Shown: one piece after another, positions 12,095 to 24,793 of the stretch
Position numbering within the stretch: the first letter of the stretch is position 1
Layout: each line of letters opens with the position of its first letter
NCBI RefSeq assembly: GCF_006345805.1
Contig: NC_043013.1
Span: 58,590,001 to 58,654,000 of the forward strand
Origin: Octopus sinensis
Taxonomy: Eukaryota
DNA: 64,000 nt
Reading direction: 5' to 3'
The notes under the pieces: generated by a model
What the model saw: only the letters and a program-made list of their open reading frames with translations
Databases searched by the model: none
Told to the model about the DNA's origin: nothing
Program-made: the position numbers and the translations under genes

Positions 12095-12326
12095 AACATT
12101 ATTTACATTTGTCATATATTTGTCTTCTTCTTGTTTGTTGTTAACACAACATTTCGGCTGATATGCCCTCCAGTCTTCATCGGGTATCTTGGGGAAATTT
12201 CGAATCTGGGTTCTCATTTCTAAGGTATCTTTCGATGTTTTTATTATTATTCAGTTCACTGCCAGGAATCGAACTTGGAATCTTGGGGTTAGTATCCCGC
12301 GCTCTTAACTACTACGCCATAAGCCC
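12095..12326 (-). mobile_element. SINE-like element: tRNA-like head followed by a degenerate hammerhead motif
   Basis: The minus strand reads GGGCTTATGGCGTAGTAGTTAAGAGCGCGG...GTTCGATTCC (A/B boxes), then GATAC CCGATGA A GACTG...CAGCC GAAA TGT T GTGTT. Confidence 0.65.
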
Positions 12327-12480
12327 ACGAGTTCGATTTCAGGCAGTGACCTGAGTAATAATAATAATAATAATAATAATAGCAACAACATCGAAAAATA
12401 CGTTAGGAATGAGAACCCAAGTTCGAAATTTCCCCAAGACACCTGATGAAAGCAGGAGGTTATATCAGCCGAAAATAACG
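12327..12480 (+). mobile_element. Second, truncated copy of the same tRNA-head/hammerhead element, head-to-head with the first
   Basis: It starts at the B box (GAGTTCGATTTCAGGCAGTGACCTG) and continues through (AAT)n, GAGAACCCAAGTTCGAAATTTCCCCAAGACAC, CTGATGA (12443-12449) and CAGCC GAAA (12466-12474), where it breaks off. Confidence 0.65.
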
Positions 12481-13589
12481 TACATAATTCCTCATATCTT
12501 AAATATGGAACTGTATAAGTCGTTACTGGAGCATGGGCACAATGTAGTGACTGACACCTATAAAAGACCGACTCCCATAATGCATTTTCCTTAATTCCTG
12601 GAAAGAATTTGAGAGATTTGTTTGTGGCTTTTTAGAAGTTAAGCACCTTCCTGTAGGAGCTTTGCCAACATCTCAGTTAATGGAAGTTTTTCAAATCAGT
12701 TTATTTCCACATGTGAGACTCAATTGTATTTCTATTTAATATGCATAGAATTGCCTGACATATTTCCGCTAACCCTACCAATAAATGTTATTAACTGCAC
12801 ACAGACACACATTGACATCACTTTCACTACAATAATTTTATTTGTCATAATATGAGAAAGAAATATTTATAGAAATCAAATAAATTAGCAGATATATACT
12901 TCGTCATTTTGCGTATATTGATTATAGAGGCCGTCCGGAGCTTTAAGCAATAATAATTCCTTTGGGTTTCTCAGCTAAAACCTTACAAATTAAAATCATG
13001 ACGATTAATAGTTTCTTTCATTTCCTCTAACAATCGTTGTTAAACATTGGGATTATGAGAACGAAGACAAAGAAATCTCAAATCCTATTAATTGCAATTG
13101 CCTTGAAGTTAGATCTAAATTTAATTATAAATTTCCAAAGTTGAACGTTAAGATGCTTAAGAATATAAGAAACTGGGAGAAATTGTAAATAAATAAACAT
13201 TACAAATGTATTTTTGCACTTTTACATGACTAAGTTCCTGAAGCAAGGCGAATTTGAAAAAAATTGTCATTGTATTTATATTTTACTATAATTACATACT
13301 TTCTTTTGTTGGTTTCTATACACACACACATATATATATGTATATACAGGTATATAGGCTACGGTCAATAACGAAGGTGCCTCACATTTCTAACTAAAAT
13401 TGCATTTTGTATTGTATTTATAATTCTCCTGAATAATTCTCTCAATCTCGAGTTAATAAATATAGAACCCTGTCTTTTGCAGTGTATATTGCAATGTGAG
13501 GGACAAAATACGGTTTCCCTAACTCTCAGTGTCGGCTGTCCATCTGTGTTAAGTCGAAAACGTGCCCAACCCGTCTCGCCTATCACCAG

Positions 13590-14660
13590 TATCTATTGCT
13601 TAAGCCCTGCCTCGCTCTCACCTCCACACACGTCCGTTCAACATGCCTGCACCGAGATACAAGAGATCCACGCTGGTCTTACTTCCCTCACTTCGTCTCT
13701 CCCTCGTTCTCTTCTGATGGGGCCCCTCGGTCATTGACGTCATTGCTATTTCCTTCCGGTTCACCTCATTGTCAAAAAACCCATCTCCTCACTTCATTCC
13801 ATGTTCAAATTTGCCGTCCACCCGGGCAGACATCTTACTCGCTCATCTTTGTGCAATGGTGTCTTTCCACGATCCCATTTCCACTCGGCCGCTCTGAAGA
13901 AGCAGTGCACGCTCCACTTATCAAGCATCTCTTTCAGTATCTCCGAACGAAACGCGGTGCCGTTGTCCAACAGCAATTCGTCCATAGTTCCAGGTATATC
14001 TCATTCAGAATATGTACAACCGCATCTGCAGTACCCGTCTTCATTTCCCTCCATACGCCCCTCCGACTCAGTTTGCAGTCGACCATCGAGAAATAAGTGG
14101 TAGTGCGTCACATCCACCGCCAGTCGTCTCCAGCTGCGCTCTACTGAGATGTTTCCTGGTCCATGCACACCCAAAGCAGGGTCGATGAATTGACACCTAT
14201 CACAGCTCCCGACCACCTTATGAATACTCTGCGTAGTGACGTCAGAGTCAACCCTCCTGGTAAGATACAGGTTTTATCCACGTCCATATGATGCATGGCA
14301 TGCAGCCTCCTTAGTTCCGAGTCAACTAACCGACACACTGCAGCTATTCCCCGCTCCGAATCTTCCGGTACCGCCAACCAGGCATTTTAAACCCTAGTTA
14401 GAATGTTTGCCTTATTCCTTTCTGAGGGCACAAAGATCACGTACAGCTTCAAGCCAAATTCGCCAGCTAGGTCTCCCGAAACCCCTAGGAGATGCTTTAC
14501 TAACATATCTGCAGTCACTTTGGTTCGAACTCTCTTTACATCGGTGATCACTGATCCTCCCCATCGAAGCACAGTAGTCGAATCAGTTCAGATTTCGATG
14601 GAGCGCAACCCCACCCTCACCTCAGAGCCAGATTCACCCCCTTCAGTCACGTTGATGTAG
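13590..14660 (-). pseudogene. Gypsy-type LTR retrotransposon pol remnant (RNase H end, integrase HHCC and core)
   Basis: Frameshifted fragments read VPSERNKANILTRV (RNase H end), HAMHHM...SCDRCQ (Zn finger), WRRLAVDVTHY and ELLLDNGTAFRS (DDE core). Confidence 0.75.
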
Positions 14661-16127
14661 TTGTAATCATCAGTTTCTTGGAGTCAGGCTGCGTCATCCA
14701 CTTCGACACCGCCAATACTATATATGTGTACATAAATATACATATATGTATATAATAACCATGCATGCATCAACGTAACGGTATGTTTGCCACTGACATG
14801 CAAGATAATGCAGTTTTCGACTCAGATAACATTTCTTATAGACGTGATGTGTTAAAAAAACCAAATATATCGAAGGGGAACGAAAAGTCATCCAGGCGAG
14901 AAAAGGAGACATATGCAAATGTTTATCGTGGAAGTAAACCGTAATATTTTGCCTGTAAGCGGTGCATATACGTTACCTATGATACACAGGAGGCTATTTT
15001 CATTTTATACTACTTCGACTAACCACAGAAGACATGTGAGTGTGTATGTGTATTTCTGTGTGTGTGTGTGTGTGTGTATAACGTTGCACACATGTATCAG
15101 AGAAGTGAAGTTAAATATGCCTCAGTTCGTGATCCGTGTGAACGGAAACCGATTTACTGCTAGCTACAAGTGACACATATTCTGCTAAGACTTCATTGGG
15201 AAATTTACACGGTTGTCTACTCATTTCCTCCAGTTAGTAATTGCACGTGTTTAGTCGAGTCTAGATTTTAATGCTGGTGCAAACGTATCCCTGAGATGTT
15301 CATATATTTCCAAGTCTTCGTTAAAGGTTAAATATATCAAAATAATCTTTTTAAATTGATACTGAAATTCTGTCTGTAGTATTGGTTCGATTTGAGTTTA
15401 ATTCTTCTTTTTGTGGCCGCAAAACAATTCTGTCAAATATCAAATATTAAATGGAAGCCTGCTTCTAGAATAATCTAAGATTACTCGTTTGACATACTGA
15501 CTGAGACAAAAACAGAAGATCGTTCCACTATTTCATCTCAATATGATAGCAGTTGTCTAATAAAATATTTGATGATATTACAAACTAAGAACGAAGAACA
15601 TTGCGGTAAAACAAAAAAAAAACGCTATAAACAAATTATCCGCTAATGCTTCTGCACAACAATATTCTCTGACAATAAAATAATCCAGAAGATAACTGTG
15701 GTAATTTTAGTTCTGTTCGGTTGTCTGGAAATATAGAAAGCTATCAGATTAGGAAGAAATTGAAATTATTTCACAACTGAGTAGGAAAATGATTCTAAGA
15801 GATAAATGGTGAAATGGAGAATAAAATCCCATAGAAATAATGGTTCCAAACCTGAAGCACGACCACTTATTTTAGAGGAGGAATATAATAAATAGCTTGT
15901 GATTGTTATTTTATCGAGCCCGGGAAGAACGACGGGATTTACTCATTCGGGAGGTAATTGTCTCAATACATTTAAATCTGGGTTCCGTCATTTCTTCGAA
16001 TTCACATTCATGATAAAGGAACATTGCTCAATACTGTAAAGAGGCCTTCGATATTTCAGTCACTTCATCATCATCATAATACTAATACTGCTACTACTAC
16101 TACTAGTAATAATGGAAAAGGCTATCA

Positions 16128-16204
16128 GTCCGGGAAAAACCCGGTGACAACAAGATCAATGTGAAAGAAGAAAAAATAAACAACTATGACGATTTGAAGT
16201 GAGC

Positions 16205-16235
<31 letters not shown>

Positions 16236-16880
16236 AGAAGAAGAAGAAGAAGAAGAAGAAGAAGAAGAGGACACATGGGCTGATTACTGTAGGGGAGTGC
16301 ATCAACAGGGAAAGAAGAAACATATATTTGGTAAACAGCAAAGACCTGCTACAGTAGGCTACTAATGCAGAAGGATTTACCAAAAATGGACCTGGGAGTG
16401 CTTATGAATTCCGATCACGAAGAAACAACGAGAGCGAAGAAACCCTACTCTTCATGGAATTTCATGGTCAGTTCCACCCTGAAACTAACAAATTAAATGA
16501 CCAGGAAGCATTATGGAGGTGGCTCAGCAAGTGTGGTCTGAAAAAGAATACTGAAGGCCTAATCATTGCTGCCCAGGAACAGTCATTAAATACCAACTCA
16601 GTGAAAAGGGATTCCACATAATTGCAACAAAACTCTTCAGCATGTGTGGGAAGCGGGTCCAAAGTGTTACATTGTTAGTTCCTGTGAAAGTCTTGCACCG
16701 AAAGAATACAAGCGCAGAAATGACTGGGTAGCCCAAAACCTTCACTGGCTACTACGCCTCAAGTATGGATCCGAGGTAACGGGTGCTTGGTACCAACATA
16801 CACCCGAAAATGTAATGGACCAAAAGGGGAAGGCAAAAATGCTCTGGGACTTTGACTTCGAGACAGACAAGAAACAGTGA
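16128..16880 (+). pseudogene. R4/Dong-like (RLE-type) non-LTR retrotransposon C-terminal fragments
   Basis: Fragments read HGQF..WRWLSKCGLKKNTEGLIIAAQEQSL, then IVSSCESLAPKEYKRRNDWVAQNLHW..YG..WYQHTPENV..MLWDFDFETDK. A separate PGDNKINVKEEKINNYDDLK piece lies at about 16140-16200. Confidence 0.75.
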
Positions 16881-17989
16881 GCAAGAGTACAAGATGTACT
16901 TCACTATTGGAGTTTGAAGACCTCCGGTGTAGACGAGAAGATTCAATTCCCTTGAAAATTGCAATGAAATCGCGAAATACAGAACATACGCATTATCTTC
17001 TTCATTCCCCTGCATACACACACACACACACGCACATAGACAACACTCGCACACGTACTCTCTGAAAGAAGACGCCATAAGTAAAGAAAAGAAAGCCTAA
17101 CTTTTGCTAACATCCGAAAGAGGACGCAGTCGATTAAATCGATTCTAGTAACAACGTACTAACGATTAATCAACACCAGAAGTATGGACTTCAAAAGAGA
17201 CCTGAGCAAGATTTCAACGTGAAACTTTGATGAAAATTAATAAATACAAGGATGTTTTATTTTCCAAACAATGCAGTTTCAAGCAAGTCCCGACCCACCT
17301 CTGAATATCAATCTATTGAAAGAAATATATTTTCTAAATAGACTTGTTATTCCTTCTACATTATTTGCAACATGTCTCTATCCCTCACCCAGGCACACAT
17401 ACTTCCCCTTCAAAACTTTTTACCATTTACAATCTAGAATATTCTTATATAAATAAATACTTGAACATATTCTTTCCATAAAATATCATTAAGAGATCTT
17501 TCAAGGAATGTAGCAGCATTGTCTCATTCTTTCATGTTTCTTACAATACTACTGCAATTTGTTTCGCTCCTTTGAAGTAAGGCAAAGCAACAAAAACTAA
17601 GCAAAAATAAATGAGAAGCGAAAGAAAAGAAAAATAATTACAAGTTTAAGTTATTTTTCCTGGGTGGACATGTTTCTTGCATTAGGTTTCAGACATTTTC
17701 TGATGACTAAAATATGAATCATCAGAAGGAAAAAAAAACCTATTTCAGTTGAATATAAATCATTGCTTACATCTGCCTCTGAAGTATTACAGGAAAAGTT
17801 TAGTCAATAAATACAAATTCTGTAGATAGCGGCTGAAATCAGTGGAACAGCGAACTAGTGCCGCACTGTTCATTGTTCATATCGTGCCATCATAATGGCG
17901 CAGAATTGTGCCACATGAGAGTGAATGCTATTGTCATTGATCAAAGTCATGTGGAGGCACCATGTGTAGAATAGGGATAACTATCGACA

Positions 17990-18700
17990 GAGAGATAACA
18001 GTTAACTACATTTCACTAAAGTATCTTTCATATCTTGCCGTCGAGAAAGATGCTTTGTCCCCCTCTAACAAGTCTTTCCCGAATGTATCTTCAAGTCTCT
18101 CTCGATTGTAAAGGTTCTACAGCACAGCTTGCATCCAAACTTGTTTATACTTCGTTCGCTGCTCGGAGCCATATTCATGTCCAAGGTAACGTCCGTGTCA
18201 ACTGGGTTTGATTGATTTTCGACCCACCTCTCGATCTATCACGGGGCTGTCATTCTCAAAAGTAGTTGTTATAAAATGTTAAAGAAGCGAGTCCGCAGCC
18301 TCCGCCAGTCTCTTCTGTAGTCGATAGTCTTTCCCATTGTCAGCTCTTTCTGAGAAGTCCTCTTGTCTTTCCAAGATGCCTAACCGTTTTTCCGGTATAT
18401 CAGTGGTTACCTACCAGTCGAAAACTCCACATACCGGAAGCCAACAAGTGTATGGGGTCATCATGTGAGAATGTCCTCCGTTTCAGGACCTACCTCTCGA
18501 TGGCATCATTGTGCACTGGCCCCGCTCACTGAAATGCGGCCCCGCTTGCTAGATCAACTGTTTATCAGATATAGCTCAATATTCTTCTCGCTGCCGCTCA
18601 TCGTTTCTTTTCCAACAAATCCAGTGGCTGTCCTTTTTCACTGTAGTTTGGATATCACTCATGGTGATATTTGCTTTGCGATGATATTTGTGCTTTATTA
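17990..18700 (-). pseudogene. Possible degraded R2-like/HERO-type RLE retrotransposon ends
   Basis: KKDSHWICWKRND (about 18600-18640) resembles an RLE-LINE C-terminus. FGCKLCCRTFTIERDLKIHSGK (about 18075-18145) resembles an N-terminal C2H2 finger. Both motifs are short. Confidence 0.35.
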
Positions 18701-21063
18701 AATCGCATACAGGTCTATGCAAACAAGTCATTGCTGTTCACCGTCAGGTCAGTGTTCAAGAGCAGATATATGATGACGGTGCTCCAGCCGTAATCATCCA
18801 GGTTATTTTGGCATCAACTCTAGTATATTCAAATGTATCTAACATGTACGTTCTCATTCTACGATAGCAGGGTGTGATAAGAATCATTTTATCTGCCAGA
18901 AACACAACCGAATTCTTATTTTAAATGTGGAAACAGAAGCGTTGAGCACATATCTCTAGCTGTACTGGAACGTGTTTGTCAACCAGGCTCACTGAGACAA
19001 TCTTTCACAAAGAGCTTCATGTGATGTTGGTAACAAGCAAGGTTAAAACACTCCATTAGGTGGATGGGTGAAGGATATTGAACACTATCCCTACGGCATC
19101 TTAGTGAGTTATTACAAATTAGTGGGGTATAAATTTATGCCAGTAATCTGTGAACCATTGTTTCCGTTATTCACAAACGTTTAGATGGCTTTTGTTTGAA
19201 CGTTATGATGCCAATGAATTATTCAGTTGATGAACAGATTATGTGGATATGCTAATAGAACGAATGCGCGTGCAGTCACACCCACGCGCGCATTAATCTA
19301 TGAATTCTATATTATAATTTTCTTTTACTTCTCTGATTGATCGATGCACCACTAATATTCTAAATTTCTATCTGGACCTATCAACATAGATTAAACACAC
19401 CAGCTTTATATCTTTGGCCTGGGCCGAGAAACCTACTACGAGAAACCCTTCAACATTCTTAGAGTAAATAATCGTTCTCTATCTTCAAATGTTTCCATTC
19501 TCTCGTGGTATTTATTGTTTTCCAGATTTCACTCTTTCAGTTTCTGTATTTTATTTCATACCAGCCTATGACTATTACCACAGATTATACTTAATTTGAC
19601 TGATCTCACTTTCGTTTATCAGATATCATATGCAAATCACCCAAAGCTTGCATATTTTACACGATTCAACATTAGAAATACTCTGCATGATAAATGTAGA
19701 AAACCTTGATTCACTGACTTCGTGCAAGTTACTGATGATAGCTCAAGGAAGGCGTTGAATTGTTTTGCCATTGATTTTTGCTTTTTTTTTACAGAAGGGA
19801 CCACCTCCTCCATTTACGCGATTCTTCCATGTAAAGGGTCTTCGACGAACGTGAATATATGCTGCCAGAACGCATTAAAATGAACAGAAACGGTATTCTC
19901 GCCGTTATGTCTACACCCAATCAATTATTATTCCAATAGATTTTTCATGAGTCCCGATTTTATTTGCATATCCCTGTATTTTCCTGTTACCGTAACCCCA
20001 ACCCCTTCATAAATCTCGAATTATGAAACATGAACAAAATTATTTCCCCCTTCGTAAATCATTTCTAATTAAGAAAAGTAGCAAAGCCATTTATTAAAAA
20101 TAATTAAATCATTGAACTGCATGGGTGAAAAGCAAGCAAATGATTTTAATTGTAGAGATGTATGTGTGTGTGTGTGTGAGCGCATGTGTCTCATTCACAC
20201 ACACACGCACAAACATGCACAGACACATGCATATGTACATACCTACATGAATATATAAATACATGCATGTATTAACACACATGTGGTTATATATCATCAT
20301 CATCACTATCAAATAAATTTTTAATTTTCAATTCACTATCGTGTTGTAGCTATGAATTACAGACCTGACTCCGTGACCGAGCTACATACATACACATTGT
20401 AAATATGTATATATGTATGCATGTATATATGCATGCTTGTATGTATGTATGTATGTATGTATTCATGTATGCGTGTATGTATGAATTTATGTACATGCTG
20501 GGCAGGGATAAAGATTCTGTTGGTTTGATAGCTATTCATATAGGTATATATGTATACACTTGCACGATAATCCAGCGTTTGCAATACTTTTTTCGTCTGG
20601 CGTTAACAGCCCTTCTTATCTTGTTCTCCTTGTCCTGTCTCTCACTGTTATATATTTATTTTTCCACTGTTTATATATATATTTTTTACTGTTTATATGT
20701 TTGTACTGTCGTTACCGTCTTGCTTTTTTTTTACCCCTCTGCGAAAAGATCTCAGAATTTTAATTGATTTGCTTTTCGCGGGAAGGAAGTTTTCTTCGAA
20801 GTATACGTCTCGCTTTTATCCTTCGAAACGTTTAGTAGATGAAACCTTAGCGACTGAAGAAGGGGATTTTTCGGTGTGCTTATTGTCCTGTATCTCTCTC
20901 TTTTTTTTGCTTGTCTTGTTCCTTGGTTTGTGTCTATGTGTGTCGTCTCTCTATGTGTTCGACGTCTTTTTTGTGTCCTGTACACATATATGCGTGTATA
21001 TGTACATGTAGAGGTAGGTACGTACATATATGTTTATATATATGCATGTTCTATTTTATTAAC

Positions 21064-21122
<59 letters not shown>

Positions 21123-24100
21123 TTGTTTCTGATATGTCGTATTTCATTATGTTAAAATATTTGTACCAGTGATGAATTTATCGAAACAAAAAATTCGTAA
21201 TATATGCCCCTAATTTTTTGATTGCTTCTCTTTTCACTTTGGCATTCTTCTATTTCTAACATCTGTAATTGTCAAGAATTTATTCGAAACAAAACTACAT
21301 GAACAAAATTTTCTTCTGTTAACAATTTTTTCTTTTGTTCATTGATAATTATTTCCAAAACTTTTAGCGAAATTCTTCATCTTTTCCTTCTTTCCAGATA
21401 CCTCTATCTGTGATTCCAAAGAACTCGCTCATACGCGTTTATTTTTGCTTCTGTGATTTCTTAATTATTTAATGGATATTTTCTCTTTTTTCTCTGATGG
21501 TGCTGGTGTGATGTGGAGTGGATTTTATCTCCCGATTCTTCGCCATTTCATAAATTATTTCCGATTTCTTTCATGGTTATTTCGCTGTCACTTCTCATAT
21601 TCGCTTAAAATAGTCGGCAATACCATTTATGTCAATTCATTTAAGAACCCCCTACATATACACACCGTTTATTTTTAATATTTCCAAATCATTTCACAAT
21701 TATTTTAAAATTACTTTCATAATTTTGATTATAATAATTCCTATTGTCTTTCCATAAATTTCCGAGTGTATCATTCAGATTCTTGTTAGATTCTTGTTAG
21801 TTGTATGCAAACGAACTTCTGCTCAAAGTGCCGTTTATATTCTTCTATCGCTACTTCAAACCGATTTTCATGCAATGAGTGCCGATATAAAAATAAATTA
21901 ACATCTTTGATGTCAACGAGACATTTGTCATAAATGGACATTGAACCTGCAACAGATAAAAGAATATCATATTATAGGGCCTTAAAATAAATAACCCGTA
22001 GATGTTAAAATTGTTTATTCGCTGATGCCTCGACATCTTAACTCTTAATTTCTTTAAGAGTTATTTTCAATTATATTCTTTCTTAATGATAATTATTCAA
22101 GGATATTATTCAATGTAAAACAATGACGTGTAATATTGAAACCAGTATTTATATCGTTTCTTCTTAGTTTAATAAGAGATAAGAGGGTCAGGAGTGATGG
22201 TCACGTTATATCTTTAATACATCGTAATACATATTGTCTTTAACAAGGTCTTATCGGTTCCAAGGATTCTGAAAAGAACTCCGGCTTGGGGAAAAACCTT
22301 CTCATTTGTCCCACTTTTTACAGAGGCTCTGAAAATATGGACATTGTGCTTCTTCTTTTGACCAAGCCACAAAATAAGACTCAAATTTTTCCCAAAGCAC
22401 AATCTTCTGCCTTAAATAAAGATACATTGGACAATACGACGAGATGGCCACGAATGGAACATTTTCAGTCAGGGTTTAATTAACGACTAATCAACAATAA
22501 TTTTGTTTCTGAATTATCCATTCTGTGAATGATGAAAACCTCAGAACTGCAGGAGGTAGGAAGTTCGTGAAGTCTGCCAATGTTTTGATTGATTCTTTCT
22601 TTACAGGACCAAACTTCTCACAAGACCAACAGAGCCACTGATATCTCGTACCTGTTTACTGTTTTCTAGCATCATCACACCTCAATAGACTCGACATAAA
22701 TTCCGAATTGTATTGACCAGAAGCCAAATATAGAGTTTATTATCTGTATTTCCTCCACAATGGTTTATCTCAATGAAATGTCTTTTTTTTTGTCCAGTAG
22801 AATGACAGTGGCAAATTCCCAAGTTTCTTCTTAAAAATATTGGCCAACCAAATACCATAAAAAATATATTACATCATTACTAATATACCAGCTTTTGTAA
22901 AGTCTTTTCATTTTATTGCGGACGAGTGAATTTGATTTTTTTTATAAATTATATTAGCTGATATAAATTTAAAATAAAGGTTTAACACAAATCAGATACA
23001 TCGACCTGGAGGTTCAAATTGACAGAAATAGTAGTCATATCACCCCAAACCATACATATGAGACAATATAGTCCTATCTTCCCATATAATAGATGTTCAC
23101 GGCTGCAATGTCTTTGATCATGTTTGCTCAGTCAGGATTCGCTTAAGGTTAAACAATAATAACGGTCTTATTGTTGCTGCAGCCCTCGTTATCGTTGTCC
23201 TTGACTAATGTCGATTAAACTCTGGTCTACCAATATTAAGGTAGTGATTTACTCCGCCGATTCTCAAGGCACAACTCACAGATTCATGCTCTCGGTTATA
23301 CAATATCTTCATCTAGTCGACTCCAATTTGACGTGGGGAATCTTATTCAATACAGTATAACAGTGTGGACATTCGCTCTCAGCACAGAATATATTTGTAA
23401 ATATCTCAAACCAACTTTATATTAATGATATTTATAGCATATCCAAACGAGAACACAACTGACTAATTTTCCTAACAAGAACACTGCAAACATAAAATAA
23501 ATTCACAGCAGAAGCTACAAAAATCACTTTATCATGAACTGAACTGAAAGATAAGGTTCACACGAAATGGGCTTTTCCTAAACAACATATACTTTCATTG
23601 CGAAAATACACCGAGGTTAACTGGAAAACAAAAACAAAAACAAGAAAACCAAACAGAAATATCACTGGAAAAACTTGACCAAATTACTAAACCTAGGAGA
23701 GTATTTCCCATGTTTAATACAATCGCAACATTAAGCGGCCATCCATTTCCTGCAACCGGGGAGTAAATTAATTTAAAACCGTTTATAGTATGACTAACTA
23801 AATTGGCCAATCTGACTCGCTTAATAGTGAAGACGTTAGCAAGTCTAACCCATTGCATGGTTTGCATTTTAATCTATTCGAAACGCAACAAAAACTTGGT
23901 CTAATAAACTCTGTCTCTTAATAAATGTGTATGGGGGAGAGGTGCATGTGTGTATATGTTTCTACTAAATTGTAAGAATGTTTATATATGATTACATAAG
24001 TAGAAGACATTCTAAAGCAGAAAATATAACGCACTTTCACAATTTCAAAAGTTTATTTTACAGTTTTGTAGTTTCAACATTCGTCCGTTTCCGGCCAAAA

Positions 24101-24758
24101 TGTAAAAAGAAATAAATAAATCGAAAGGAGAAAATTGAAAATGAGATTTTGTAGTCGAAATTTTAATGACGAGAAAGGATTAAGTATACTTTTTGCAGCT
24201 TTAATGAATATATTACACTGGTAATATCATTCATGATTTGATTGATGGATGCATCGAATCTCTGTCACCCCCACACACACAATGATGGTGAAAGTGAACT
24301 TTGGGTACTGCCGTTTTCCTGCTAAAACGTGATGATATTTTGGTGTGTATGTGTGATGCTTGTGTGTACCGGTGGAGTATGGCTGAAAAATCAGAATCTT
24401 TAAGCAATCGCGAGGCAATGGTTTCAATCTCATTTGTTGGCAGATCGGTAAAAGTGTCTTTTGCCGATCATAGTCTCACATCATTCAAACCATTTGGATG
24501 ATATTAGGTCGAGTGAATTGTTTCAAAACTCATAAGATGATTTAGAGGTGCTAAACATTGAATCTCCCTTAGTTTGACGTGGGATTATGCATGGAGTACA
24601 AGGGTCTGTGAGATATTCAGCCACTTGTACACTTGTATGAGCCGATGCTTTAGCTGATCTAAAATCTGACTTTTGAAAAAATTGTCGAAACTGACGGAGA
24701 CCCATTTCGCCTACATATAACTTAACTGAACCAAAGACTGTACATATGTGTGTGTGTG

Positions 24759-24793
<35 letters not shown>

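Noticed and set aside
12255-12326. tRNA gene
   Set aside because: A and B boxes are present, but I could not form a full cloverleaf with an acceptor stem, and the sequence is fused to a repeat body. Treated as a SINE head. The same applies to the heads at 4490, 7791, 61275 and 63601.
17699-17726. CTGATGA...TCATCAG short hairpin
   Set aside because: No GAAA or NUH partner; compatible with chance.
20815-20880. CCTTCGAAACGTT and CTGAAGAAGGGG motifs
   Set aside because: The halves are in the wrong order for a type I fold and each partner half is missing.
22850-23100. Peptide IRYIDLEVQID...SYLP resembling a Penelope thumb region (a similar YLDL..KPT lies near 19370-19450)
   Set aside because: Too short and too degraded to support by eye; needs an HMM search.
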